Origin: an uncultured virus (IMG/VR IMGVR_UViG_3300033141_004135)
Taxonomy: Duplodnaviria; Heunggongvirae; Uroviricota; Caudoviricetes
Reading direction: 5' to 3' (one strand)
Virus record (IMG/VR): IMGVR_UViG_3300033141_004135
DNA: 64,000 bases
This document shows, piece after piece, positions 27,266-37,479 of the stretch. Both the position numbers and the translations under genes were made by a program. The first letter of the stretch is position 1. Every line of letters starts with the position of its first letter. The notes beneath the pieces were generated by a model. It saw only the letters and a program-made list of their open reading frames with translations. It did not search any database and was not told the origin of the DNA.

Positions 27266-27682
27266 ATGAAATTCAAAAAAGATGAGAAAACCGAAGAAGA
27301 ACAACTTAAATTAATGAAAAAAATAACCGAACTACGAGATAACATCCTAGAAGAATACGACATGATGGAATTAATCGAAGATAGCATAAAAGATATATTC
27401 AATTGTAATTTAGATTGTAGCACTTGTACCAGAGAAGAACAAGGTAAATGCATGCAAAACTTTAAGAAAGCAAATTTATACTGGCTCAGAAAAATAGCCC
27501 AAGATGAAAAAATCCTAATAGATATAGTCGAAAAAATGGTCGAGATGAAAGATGCGTTGTTTGAGCTGGTTAAAAAAACCAAAAGAATACTCTTTGAAGC
27601 AAATGACGAGAAAATTAAAAAACACAAGGAAATAGTGAAAAAAGAGATGATGGATAATAAAAAATTTAATTACTTCACATGA
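27266..27682 (+). CDS. Helical protein with Cx3Cx2Cx7C motif
   Basis: GGAG RBS; CNLDCSTCTREEQGKC. Confidence 0.7.
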   Translation: MKFKKDEKTEEEQLKLMKKITELRDNILEEYDMMELIEDSIKDIFNCNLDCSTCTREEQGKCMQNFKKANLYWLRKIAQDEKILIDIVEKMVEMKDALFELVKKTKRILFEANDEKIKKHKEIVKKEMMDNKKFNYFT

Positions 27683-27743
27683 ACATGTATCGGAAATATT
27701 TTTATGCTTGTGTTCATAAAAGAAACATAATAGTGATTTAAAA

Positions 27744-28115
27744 ATGACATCCATATTAATCGATTTAGACACCGGCGATCCTTATTTAGACGAAAAAAAT
27801 AACGTAGTATACGTTAGCGATTCTAGAGGGTTTAGACAAATAATCGACGGAATATTCCACTGCGAACCCGGTTCGGAAATAATGAATCCTTTATACGGCT
27901 TCGATCTAAGAACCGCAATTAGAGAATCCGGAACTTTAAATTCCGAAATGTTCATAGAATCATTGGTCGTTCAAGCATTAGATCCCTCCTTAGAAAAACT
28001 AATTTCAAAGGTAACATACGTAAAAGCCCAAAAAGATGGAAACACAATGAGAGTAAACGTAGAAGTAGTATCAATATTAGGAGAAGCAACTGCAATAGAT
28101 TTCACACTAATATGA
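27744..28115 (+). CDS. Baseplate wedge / sheath initiator (gp25-like)
   Basis: 'PGSEIMNPLYGFDL' motif; 123 aa; precedes baseplate J. Confidence 0.75.
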   Translation: MTSILIDLDTGDPYLDEKNNVVYVSDSRGFRQIIDGIFHCEPGSEIMNPLYGFDLRTAIRESGTLNSEMFIESLVVQALDPSLEKLISKVTYVKAQKDGNTMRVNVEVVSILGEATAIDFTLI

Positions 28116-28131
28116 GAAAGAGTGATTTATA

Positions 28132-29970
28132 ATGCCGTTTGATGAATACGGTTATACCAAAAAAACAGAAACAGAAATATTAGAAGAAAAAGAAGAATTA
28201 TACAAGGATCTGTTCGAAGTCATAAATAATTCGGTTTCAGATCTAACCTGGCAGTGGATGAAGCTCCAGCTAATAGAAAGAATGGAAATGGAAACCCTAT
28301 TAGAAGTAGCTGCCGAGCAAATGTCAATTTCTGACGCCCAAGGTGCTTTCTTGGACAAATGGGGTATAGAATGCGGGATTACTAGGAAAGGAGAAACAAG
28401 AGCAGAGGGCTATGTAGATGTAACTTATAAGATAACGGATTCGGATTTTTCGATTCCCGCTGGAACTAGATTTGCCTCTTCTACCAACACTTATACAACC
28501 GATGAAGATAGTGTGGTTCCTAGGGTAATAACCATGACTAAAACAAAAACGGGGGAATCGGACGATTATTTTCCATCGTCCATAGTATCTGTAGAAAAGG
28601 TAGATAAAATACTAGATAGTAATTTATCAGAAATCCCCGATTCTTATTGGGTTTTTGATACTACTTATAAAAACAACATTCAATGGACAGAAGACTCCTC
28701 TGAAGTAATAATAAAAAATGAGGTTTATTATGTACATGTTAGTGGGGATGTTACCAAGAGGATAGAGGTGACATCTGTAGAAGCTGGTGTGGACTCAAAC
28801 GCTAGTAAAAATACGGTTAATACTTGTTTGGATTTCCCGACTCTAACTTGCGATAACTCCGAGGAAATAACCGGAGGAGCAGCTCAAGAATCTGACGAAG
28901 ATTATAGATCTAGGTTATTATCTGCGAGGAGAAGAACATTCACATTGGCAAATGTTAGAAGCATAATAATGGGATTGAACGGTGTTAGAGCTGTAAAGGT
29001 TTTTCAAACTTTAGGTGTAGATCAATCTTCGGTTTCTGATTGGGAAAATCCAAATATGGGTAGCTATCTAGAATTGTCTGGTTATGAATATCCCATGTAT
29101 TCACAAGCATTTGTTCCAGGAGAACAAATAGCAACATTAGGTAGGATAACTTTATATGGTAGACCAGTAAATGATCCACCTGGAATTTATTTAGGGATAA
29201 AAAGAGATGTCGATGAATTCGATTCAAACGTCTATAAAGATTATATTAAAGTAGAAAAATATGAAACTGATCAAACAGCAACCGGAGATAGAGATATAGT
29301 ATTCAATGTTAATTATAATGGTTTAGATAAGACAAAAACATATAGAATAGACGTCTGGTGTGACGATCCAAAAAACGAATCATTTAATTGGCTTACTAAT
29401 CATTGGAAACTACGTACATCTAAGGAAGGATATAGAAATGACGATAGAGGTATGTTGTATTATAGAACGAACGCAACTGGAGATTGGATTCCTTATGGAA
29501 ATGATAAGGATCTAATGTTTAAAACTCATTTTAAGGGAGCTGGATTTAATTGCATAATAGCTCCAGAAGATGGCTATGGATTTGAAAATATAAAATCCGA
29601 GGTTGAAAACTATTTAGATTATGTTGAAAACGGAGGATATTCTCCAATATGCATACAACCAACAATAGAAGAGGCCGTAGAAGTTTTAATAGACATAAAA
29701 GCCACAATCTATGTATCCACATTAGTCGATTTCCAAGTAGTTAGAAACAGATTAACCACATCGTTAGAGAGTTATTTAGAAGGCTTAAATATCGGCGACA
29801 ATGTCATATATTCTAGAATATATCAGATAATAATGGACGATGAAGATGTTTATAAAATAGATGATTTGTACATAAAAAGAGGAGATGTCTCCACCTGGGG
29901 TCAATCTGATATAGGAATATTAGATAATGAAATACCAGATTTGGGAACAAAATCTTTCCAAAGAGGATAA
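28132..29970 (+). CDS. Baseplate J-like wedge protein with inserted domains
   Basis: AQGAFLDKWG...GITRK, IPAGTRF, GG...ESDEDYRSR, L.IGDNV.YSRI motifs. Confidence 0.9.
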   Translation: MPFDEYGYTKKTETEILEEKEELYKDLFEVINNSVSDLTWQWMKLQLIERMEMETLLEVAAEQMSISDAQGAFLDKWGIECGITRKGETRAEGYVDVTYKITDSDFSIPAGTRFASSTNTYTTDEDSVVPRVITMTKTKTGESDDYFPSSIVSVEKVDKILDSNLSEIPDSYWVFDTTYKNNIQWTEDSSEVIIKNEVYYVHVSGDVTKRIEVTSVEAGVDSNASKNTVNTCLDFPTLTCDNSEEITGGAAQESDEDYRSRLLSARRRTFTLANVRSIIMGLNGVRAVKVFQTLGVDQSSVSDWENPNMGSYLELSGYEYPMYSQAFVPGEQIATLGRITLYGRPVNDPPGIYLGIKRDVDEFDSNVYKDYIKVEKYETDQTATGDRDIVFNVNYNGLDKTKTYRIDVWCDDPKNESFNWLTNHWKLRTSKEGYRNDDRGMLYYRTNATGDWIPYGNDKDLMFKTHFKGAGFNCIIAPEDGYGFENIKSEVENYLDYVENGGYSPICIQPTIEEAVEVLIDIKATIYVSTLVDFQVVRNRLTTSLESYLEGLNIGDNVIYSRIYQIIMDDEDVYKIDDLYIKRGDVSTWGQSDIGILDNEIPDLGTKSFQRG

Positions 29971-29974
29971 GTAA

Positions 29975-31738
29975 ATGAGAACCAGAGAACTAATAAAACT
30001 ATTACCAACTCAATTCAAAAGAATATCTGAAAATCCACTATACAGCGGACATTACATACCTCATCTAGGTTATTGGAACAAGGATGAGGGATTTGTAAGA
30101 ATACAAGAATTAGAATACAAAGGAGAAACACTAGCTTGTCCAATAATAGCCGTTGTCGGCTCTAAAATAGGAGGAAAAGATCTAAATTTAACAATCACCG
30201 CAAAAACATCAGTATATTATTCAACAACTGAAAAAGAACAAGATGGTTATACATTAAAAAGAAAAACTTATAAGGATAGCGGCGAAACAATACAAACTAC
30301 ATTAACCATACCGAGATTCACGAGGAACTATGCCACTTTTTTAATTACTGGTTTGGGAAAAAACGTGTGGTCAATATCATCAATTACCGCAGATCCAGAG
30401 GATTCTCCCGGAAGCGTTGATTTTTACGCATTAGCATCAAACGGTTCAAAGTTAATTTATTGGTTCGGAATCCATAATCTCGTTGAAGAATTAAGACAAA
30501 TAATAAGACCTTGGATAGCTCCGACAAAGTGCGTTAGATGTGGTGGTACTGGAATAGAGCCAAATACCTCAAATAAGAAATGCGAGGAATGTAAAGGGTA
30601 TAAATATTCTGGATATTCTTCCATTAAATATGTTCAAAGAAAAATAGGGTTCGATTTAAATCTGTCCAGAGAATTATTGGATTGGGATGAGTTAACCGAT
30701 GAAGATCACGAAATAATAAAAAACTTCATAAATAAATGCTGGACTCAAAAATGGTGGGTTACCCCCACAAAAAAAGAGATTAAAAGATTCTTCATGCATT
30801 TTTACCAAGTATCTGAAGATGAAATAAGAATAAACGAGAGATATAGCGACCAAGAGCCCATTTGGACTCTTTTCTTGCCCCAGGATATTAATGAATCCTC
30901 ACCGTTTAAAAGCGATAAGTTCACAGAATTGGACACCACATTAATAAAATATATTGGGGAAACAATAACACCAGCTGGCGTTTCGATTTTCTTAGGGTTT
31001 TATAAAGATTTGGGAACTCTAGGAGATATGGAAGCTCTATCTGATAATAAATATATGAATGCTTTAGAAGGAAGAACTTCTATTATCGAGGAATATTCGT
31101 TGTTTGGAGGTCGGAGGATATTTCCGTTCAACGGTTGGACTAAAGCAATTTACGATTTTGAAGAAGAATCAATAAGTTTAGATAGTAGTGGAGATGTTTC
31201 TCTGTTTAATGCTAACGACATGAATAGACATGTGGTAAAATTAGTGGATGATTCTTATATTGAGACTGATCTGGTTTTGGATTCTGGATATTTTGATTTT
31301 TGGATCCATCCAGTTTCAAACGTCATTAGAGCTGGATTGCGGAAAGATAATAATTGGCTTTTTTATGTGGAATACGATGAAAATGGATTCTATGACAACA
31401 ACGGTTATCTAATAACCTTGGCAACTCCAGATAATGATTATCATGTGAGTGTTTTGTTCAACAATATAACTGGAACACATAATATTAGTATCCACAAAAA
31501 AATAATAGAAACTGGAATACAAAACCTAAATACTGGAATAAGCGGAAAATTAAGAATCGAGTCTATCGGCGATGGTCTTGGGTTTGTAGATGCCATAGGT
31601 TATAACACTGGAGATTATGAAAGATTTGATAACTATCCTAGATTACGTAATATTGGATACGGATTAAATAATGAGTGCATTTATAATAGTATTAACGTCA
31701 CAGATTATGTGAGAAAAGAAAGATTTTGGGAATTATAA
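29975..31738 (+). CDS. Baseplate wedge protein (gpI/gp7 position) with CxxCxGxG Zn finger and C-terminal beta domain
   Basis: Follows baseplate J; 'ITPAGV' motif; CVRCGGTG...CEECKG. Confidence 0.6.
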   Translation: MRTRELIKLLPTQFKRISENPLYSGHYIPHLGYWNKDEGFVRIQELEYKGETLACPIIAVVGSKIGGKDLNLTITAKTSVYYSTTEKEQDGYTLKRKTYKDSGETIQTTLTIPRFTRNYATFLITGLGKNVWSISSITADPEDSPGSVDFYALASNGSKLIYWFGIHNLVEELRQIIRPWIAPTKCVRCGGTGIEPNTSNKKCEECKGYKYSGYSSIKYVQRKIGFDLNLSRELLDWDELTDEDHEIIKNFINKCWTQKWWVTPTKKEIKRFFMHFYQVSEDEIRINERYSDQEPIWTLFLPQDINESSPFKSDKFTELDTTLIKYIGETITPAGVSIFLGFYKDLGTLGDMEALSDNKYMNALEGRTSIIEEYSLFGGRRIFPFNGWTKAIYDFEEESISLDSSGDVSLFNANDMNRHVVKLVDDSYIETDLVLDSGYFDFWIHPVSNVIRAGLRKDNNWLFYVEYDENGFYDNNGYLITLATPDNDYHVSVLFNNITGTHNISIHKKIIETGIQNLNTGISGKLRIESIGDGLGFVDAIGYNTGDYERFDNYPRLRNIGYGLNNECIYNSINVTDYVRKERFWEL

Positions 31739-31739
31739 A

Positions 31740-32441
31740 ATGATCGATAAAGAAAATAAGGAAGATTTTAAATTCGAAGGAAAAGTAAAAATATATGAAA
31801 AAGATGAAAATGGAGATTACACCAAATTAATCAAGACTTCGAAAAATTTATGGGTTGACGATGGTAAAGAGCTGGTTCTCGATTTCTTATGGGGACTTAA
31901 GAGCTGGTGGAATCCAAAAGATTCATATTCTGGCGGAGATTCTGGGTGGAATACTAATCGGTACGTTGGATTCGGCGATTGTATGTTTTCGAATAAGAGC
32001 TTTGAGAGAGCATCTGGAATTAAAGGTGTTCCGTCTGGTGAAGAATATGATTATAAAGTTTCCAATACTTATTTAGTTTCGCCGGAAGACAGCTTCTTAT
32101 CTAACGAAGTAGGAAATAGGATTAAAACAAGCATAACGAGGAGAGATCAAGCAGTAGAGATAACCGCAACTATAGATGTTCCTGGTGATTTGCCAGTAAA
32201 TACAGAAATTAGAGAATTTGCCATGTTCTTAGATTCCACTGGACCAATCAGAGATCCGAGTTTGGACGAAAATAGCAAAAAATATACCATGATCTGTAGA
32301 TCTGCATTATACGGAACTGGTTATTATAATCAATACGGAGCTTGTGATCCAGACGATACTGGTGCAGAATTATGTTATTATGATGATCCTTACATCGCAA
32401 CCGACGATGTACAATTAGTATGGATATTTGGTGAATTGTAA
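31740..32441 (+). CDS. Baseplate/tail-fibre attachment protein
   Basis: 'FEGKVKI...NLWVDDGKE...L.NEV...IREFAMF' pattern of fibre-attachment proteins. Confidence 0.6.
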   Translation: MIDKENKEDFKFEGKVKIYEKDENGDYTKLIKTSKNLWVDDGKELVLDFLWGLKSWWNPKDSYSGGDSGWNTNRYVGFGDCMFSNKSFERASGIKGVPSGEEYDYKVSNTYLVSPEDSFLSNEVGNRIKTSITRRDQAVEITATIDVPGDLPVNTEIREFAMFLDSTGPIRDPSLDENSKKYTMICRSALYGTGYYNQYGACDPDDTGAELCYYDDPYIATDDVQLVWIFGEL

Positions 32442-32874
32442 AATGCCACTACCAACTAAGAAAACGAGCAAGGATTTTAAGGATTGCGTTTCAAAAGCAA
32501 TATCAATCGAAAAATCAGCTCATCCGAATATGGATAGAAAGCAGTTAGTTGCCATAGCATTATCACACTGTAGGAAGGTGTATGGAATGGAAAATGAAAT
32601 AAATGAACTAAAACAAAAAATAGAAAAAGAATTAGAAGAATTAAAAATACAATCAGAAGAATTAGCCACAGCTAAAAAATGGATACAGAAAGCCGTTTCT
32701 CCGAAAACCGAAGGAGATTTTGAAGCTTGGTGTAAGAGACAAGGCTTCAAGGGAGTTTGTCAGGAATGCATCAACAAAGCAGCCAAAGTAGGCGGTAGAG
32801 CAGCTAAGATGGCGTTGTTCGCCGTTAACGTATCCAAGGGGAAGTATACTTATCCGAAAAAGAAGAAAAAATAG
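32428..32874 (+). CDS. Small basic hypothetical protein (probable start MPLP at 32443)
   Basis: GGTGA RBS before 32443; Lys/Ala-rich. Confidence 0.65.
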   Translation: MVNCKMPLPTKKTSKDFKDCVSKAISIEKSAHPNMDRKQLVAIALSHCRKVYGMENEINELKQKIEKELEELKIQSEELATAKKWIQKAVSPKTEGDFEAWCKRQGFKGVCQECINKAAKVGGRAAKMALFAVNVSKGKYTYPKKKKK

Positions 32875-32881
32875 ATGATCC

Positions 32882-33241
32882 ATGCCAACCAATGAATATG
32901 AGAGGGATTTTGAGGAAATCAGCAAAGATCTAGATTTACCAGGATATTATACAAGTGATTTGTTTTCAATAGGATTAGCCAGTGATGGCAAGCCTGGACT
33001 ACAAGGTGCATTCGTAAACTGGACTAAAAGAATATTACACGATGGTGTTTTAGATTTCGATATGGATCTAAACGGATTTAAATTATTACATATAAATGGT
33101 AAGAAAATTAAAAACACCGATAAAATACAAACTAATAAAGATAATGGAGAATATGGATCGTTTTTTCATTCAAAATATAAATGCTTAATGTTTGAAAAGG
33201 ATAATAAAAAATACATAATAGGGGTTTACCAATATGACTAG
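32882..33241 (+). CDS. Virion protein paralogous to the N-terminus of the next gene
   Basis: Shared DGKPGLQ.A..NW.K..L.DGV...D.DLN. Confidence 0.7.
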   Translation: MPTNEYERDFEEISKDLDLPGYYTSDLFSIGLASDGKPGLQGAFVNWTKRILHDGVLDFDMDLNGFKLLHINGKKIKNTDKIQTNKDNGEYGSFFHSKYKCLMFEKDNKKYIIGVYQYD

Positions 33242-34505
33242 CGATAAATATGTGCGGGATTTCTTAGATGCTGATAGATTAAGGAGATTTAATAGACTAG
33301 ATCCGAGGCTTTTTCAAAACACAGATGACGCTGGCGATGGCAAGCCTGGACTTCAAAAGGCGTTGAGGAACTGGGTTAAACATTATCTAAGTGATGGTGT
33401 CAACGAATCTGACATTGATCTTAATAATAATACCATAAAAAATGTGGATGAAATAGATTTCGTAAAAGAAGATGATCAAAATAAGATAGGTAAATTATAT
33501 TATGACGATACATTAGAAAAACTAGTATTTGAAAACGAGGATTCCAAATTCTATGTGATAACATCTCCAGTCAGAGGTATAATGTACTCTGCAGATAATG
33601 GTTTTGCTGGTGGGCTTCCAGAAGTTTTTTCCATAGATATTTTAACATGGAACACTGATGTATCTGATTTACCAGAATTGAGCCAATCTCCGCCCAGCTT
33701 GCCAGCTGGTGTTTCTTCGAAAGTATATGGATTTTTGGCAAACATACTATCTGAATCTGAGACATATGGTAGTGGAGTAATATTTGTTGTGGATCTAACA
33801 TCATCTACTGGAGCAATAGGATCATCAGATGCCACTAGAGGAGGAGGACATGATTATATAGGACCAATAGGTTTGGAAGGATCCTCATACGGATATTTTT
33901 GTGGAGGTAATTATATTTCCGCTGGAACTAATTTTGATGATATATATTGTATAGATCTTACAACTATGTTTTCTTCTACTCTTTCTTTTGCTTCTACCGC
34001 TACAATAAAAAGTGAAGGTGCTGGAGTAAGTGGCTCAAAATACGGATTTCTGTGCGGAGGTCAAATAGATTATGCTGCTTCTGTCTCAACAGATGAAATA
34101 GAATATTTGGATTTAACCACTACCACTATAAACGTTAATGATAGGGGAACCTTATCCACAAATAAAATGCATACATGCGGGATACAAGGGAATAAATACG
34201 GATTCATATGCGGTGGTAGAGAAAATACCGAAGGGAATGAATTCGACGATATCGAATATATTGATATTACAACGACTACTGGAAATGCATTGGATAGTGG
34301 AACTTTATTAAATGCTGTACATTCTCCACATGGGATTAGTGGTCCAGTGTATGGTTTTATTGCTGGTGGAGGAGCTGTAGGAGAAGGAGATTATAGAAAA
34401 TTAACATATATTGATATGACTACAACTGGAACGAATGCTGCAGATAACGGAGCTAGCGATGAACTTTACTTAGGCGGAATGGGAGATGTTCAAATGAAGG
34501 TGTGA
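33234..34505 (+). CDS. Beta-propeller (kelch-like repeat) virion protein
   Basis: About 5-6 repeats of G..YGF.CGG...DDIEYID.TT...NA.D.G.L. Confidence 0.75.
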   Translation: MTSDKYVRDFLDADRLRRFNRLDPRLFQNTDDAGDGKPGLQKALRNWVKHYLSDGVNESDIDLNNNTIKNVDEIDFVKEDDQNKIGKLYYDDTLEKLVFENEDSKFYVITSPVRGIMYSADNGFAGGLPEVFSIDILTWNTDVSDLPELSQSPPSLPAGVSSKVYGFLANILSESETYGSGVIFVVDLTSSTGAIGSSDATRGGGHDYIGPIGLEGSSYGYFCGGNYISAGTNFDDIYCIDLTTMFSSTLSFASTATIKSEGAGVSGSKYGFLCGGQIDYAASVSTDEIEYLDLTTTTINVNDRGTLSTNKMHTCGIQGNKYGFICGGRENTEGNEFDDIEYIDITTTTGNALDSGTLLNAVHSPHGISGPVYGFIAGGGAVGEGDYRKLTYIDMTTTGTNAADNGASDELYLGGMGDVQMKV

Positions 34506-35248
34506 TCAACATGAAAATAAAGGATCTGATGAAAAAGTTTGGAATTCCATCTTTCGAATTTGTAGACGAAAAATGGAATGATTTATATGATCAATTCATG
34601 GAGATGTCTCAACTAAAGAGCAACTTCGACATAGAAAAATTCACCGTAAAAAAACAAGGAAGCTTCATAGCTCACCAATTCCATTTCCTAATGAGACAAT
34701 ATAGTGTAGCTCTATCTACTTTAAACACATTATTGATAAAAAAAGAAGAATTAAATAGGAAAATAGAAGAAACGATAGAATTAATAGAAAAAGGAGTTAA
34801 AAAAACATTAGTTAGAACACCGAGTGGAAAGGTTGAAAAATACACAGATCTTTATTTGAAAGAGCTAGTAAACTTTTTGAAAAACACAGAATTGTCAATA
34901 GTAGATAAATCAATGAGCATAGCCAAATACGAACAACTTAGATTAAGGTTAATAGAACTAAATGGAGGAGAACCACCAACAAACGAACAATATCAAAAAG
35001 AAGAGCCAGAGTATTGGAAATGGTTTCTAGAAAAAGCAGCACTACACCAATATAAGCAAGCTAAAACCGGAATACAAGAAGGTGTGTGGCTAAACATTGA
35101 TCATTTAGAAGAAACCCCACTCATAGAAGAAAACTTTAAAGTAAAAATGCTCGATGAATATGGATTATTAGATATAGAAAAAATAAACAACAAAGTAGAA
35201 AAACTAAAAGATCTGAAAAACAATTCGAATAATCTATACCTAGAATAA
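34502..35248 (+). CDS. Coiled-coil protein
   Basis: Heptad-rich; EEPEYW motif. Confidence 0.7.
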   Translation: MINMKIKDLMKKFGIPSFEFVDEKWNDLYDQFMEMSQLKSNFDIEKFTVKKQGSFIAHQFHFLMRQYSVALSTLNTLLIKKEELNRKIEETIELIEKGVKKTLVRTPSGKVEKYTDLYLKELVNFLKNTELSIVDKSMSIAKYEQLRLRLIELNGGEPPTNEQYQKEEPEYWKWFLEKAALHQYKQAKTGIQEGVWLNIDHLEETPLIEENFKVKMLDEYGLLDIEKINNKVEKLKDLKNNSNNLYLE

Positions 35249-35250
35249 AC

Positions 35251-35856
35251 ATGGGCAAACAAAAAAGAAAAAGAAGAAAGATAAATAAAATATTCTGTAT
35301 CGGGTTACCAAGAACAGGAACCGTAAGCATCACAAATGCTTTGAAAATACTAGGATATGAATCTATACACTTCGTACAATACAGCGACATGTTTTGGCGT
35401 ACTTTAGATATAAAAGACGCCTTTTCAGACATGACGATTTGCTGCATATTTGAATTATTAGATTGTCTATATCCGAATTCAAAATTTATATACACAATAA
35501 GAAGAATGGACGAATGGCTTAAATCCTCTAAAAATAAATTCAGCAAACCACTCGGGAATTGGAGTATATATGGTTCTCTTAAACTCCTATTCGGAAAACG
35601 ATATTACGATGAAGAATTATGGAAAAAAGGCTATATCAAATACGATAAGAGAGTCAGAGATTACTTCAAAGATAGAGAACAAGACTTATTAATAATAAAC
35701 ATATGTGAAGGAAAAGATTCAGAAAAATGGGAAAAAATCTGTACTTTTCTAAATAAACCAATACCAGATGTTGAATTTCCATACCTAAATAAATATAAAA
35801 AAGCTGAAAAAAATGAGCGACATAAAAGAATCCATGATAAAATTCATAGAAAATAA
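35251..35856 (+). CDS. Sulfotransferase-family protein (Sulfotransfer_4-like)
   Basis: KIFCIGLPRTGT.S...AL..LGY, YPNSKFI.T.R...W..S, W..IC.FL..P.P...FP..N. Confidence 0.85.
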   Translation: MGKQKRKRRKINKIFCIGLPRTGTVSITNALKILGYESIHFVQYSDMFWRTLDIKDAFSDMTICCIFELLDCLYPNSKFIYTIRRMDEWLKSSKNKFSKPLGNWSIYGSLKLLFGKRYYDEELWKKGYIKYDKRVRDYFKDREQDLLIINICEGKDSEKWEKICTFLNKPIPDVEFPYLNKYKKAEKNERHKRIHDKIHRK

Positions 35857-36208
35857 CATAAGAACGAACCTCAAAAAAATAATGATAGGATTCGGAACAT
35901 TCCTATCAACAGTGATTACAGCGGTGATAAGCTACTTCATGAGTAAAACACTATCACTACCAGACCCAGAACTCGCAGTATTAATAATAACAATACTAAT
36001 GGGAGTAGAAGGTCTGTCATCTCTATTAATACTGAGCATATTCGGAAAAGCAAAAAACGGCAACGGGTATAATGTTCCGGAAACAAAAACAATTGTAGAA
36101 CTAATAAAAAAGGATGAAGAAGTAAGAGAATACATGCGGGAAAAACTCTTAAGATACTTCAACGAAGAAAGCAAGATATTAAACAACATTAAAAAAGATG
36201 GAGAATAA
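35813..36208 (+). CDS. Two-TM membrane protein, holin-like
   Basis: Two hydrophobic helices and a charged C-terminus; last gene of the late operon. Confidence 0.5.
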   Translation: MSDIKESMIKFIENNIRTNLKKIMIGFGTFLSTVITAVISYFMSKTLSLPDPELAVLIITILMGVEGLSSLLILSIFGKAKNGNGYNVPETKTIVELIKKDEEVREYMREKLLRYFNEESKILNNIKKDGE

Positions 36209-36210
36209 CT

Positions 36211-37479
36211 TCAACGATATAATGAAGTAAAAATTTCACTCCATTCTTTTAATTTTTTACTTCCTGGAAAATAAGAAGAGTAGTTATGCACCGAACCCTT
36301 CGTTTTGGTCTGCCAAGCTGGATCTAAAGCAAGCACCTTTATTTTCTCCTCAAAATCTATCCCGTATTTTCCTATGGATTCTAAAAAAATGTTATCTGGT
36401 GTTATTGGTCTTCTCATATCCCATCTCTTAAAAGTTTTTTCTACAGTATTAATTGTTTTGTATATCATCATTCTCCAATCCTTCTCTAGCTTTTCTAGTG
36501 AAAATTTTTTTTTGGCTTCTTTTCTAGCATTCTCACCTAAATATCTCCGTAGTTCTTCATCTCTTATCAATTCTCTGATATAATCTGCGAACTCATCAAT
36601 ATTATTTGCTATTAACCCGCTCTTCTTATTTATTATCATGTGTTTTTCCATATCATTGTTCAGAGTGATTATTGGAACTCCAGAAGCCATGGCCATTTGG
36701 AGAATTAAATCACAAGTACCGTAGTGATAAGGTGCTAGAGGATAAACGAATATATCGGTTTGTTGTAAGTAGAATTTAAGGAACTCAAAATGAACTCTTC
36801 CAGTGAATATCATCTTTCCAGATAAACCCATATTCTTTGCTTGTTTTTTGATCTCCTCTTGGTTGTCTCCTCCTACTACTCTTATTTCTTTTACTTCATC
36901 ATATATTTCTTTGATGATATTTAAGAATTTTGGATGGAGTTTAGCATAATCTACAGTACCTATATAGGTTAATATTATTCCATTACGATTTATTTTTTCA
37001 AGCTCTAAGAATTCGTCAATTCCAGCCGTTGACCAAATATCTGATAGATGATTCTTCTTATGTAGTTTTACCACTTCTTCTACATTATAACTTAGAGGAG
37101 TAGTAAAAACGAAGTAATCTGGATATAGTAAAATTTTTCTGGGATAAATGTTGGGTGGGATTGATCCAGAGTTATGTGCCCACATTATCAACCTACAATG
37201 AGGTAGTTCATTTCTTATTAAAAAATCGTACAATAATGGATGATTCCAAACATGCATTATTATAACGTCAAAGTTTTTTATCATCGTTAGTATTTGTCTA
37301 TGTGTTTTATTTAAGTGTACTGGAACGTTGTATTTTGATGATCTATCGTAGACATCATCTAAAGCATATCCTAGTATTACTATTTCTTGATGGAAAGCTT
37401 TATTAACACTTAAATAACCGAATATTGTATCTCCAACACCGCCTCCACAATGAGGAGTTATGTGTAAAACCTTATACAT
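36211..37479 (-). CDS. GT-B glycosyltransferase (GT4-like)
   Basis: VLHITPH.GGGVG; DIFVYP...AMASGVPII...GLI. Confidence 0.9.
   Translation of the reverse strand: MYKVLHITPHCGGGVGDTIFGYLSVNKAFHQEIVILGYALDDVYDRSSKYNVPVHLNKTHRQILTMIKNFDVIIMHVWNHPLLYDFLIRNELPHCRLIMWAHNSGSIPPNIYPRKILLYPDYFVFTTPLSYNVEEVVKLHKKNHLSDIWSTAGIDEFLELEKINRNGIILTYIGTVDYAKLHPKFLNIIKEIYDEVKEIRVVGGDNQEEIKKQAKNMGLSGKMIFTGRVHFEFLKFYLQQTDIFVYPLAPYHYGTCDLILQMAMASGVPIITLNNDMEKHMIINKKSGLIANNIDEFADYIRELIRDEELRRYLGENARKEAKKKFSLEKLEKDWRMMIYKTINTVEKTFKRWDMRRPITPDNIFLESIGKYGIDFEEKIKVLALDPAWQTKTKGSVHNYSSYFPGSKKLKEWSEIFTSLYR

Noticed and set aside
14431..32441. Stand-alone contractile injection system (eCIS/tailocin)
   Set aside because: Terminase, portal, capsid and replication genes are present, so this is a virus.
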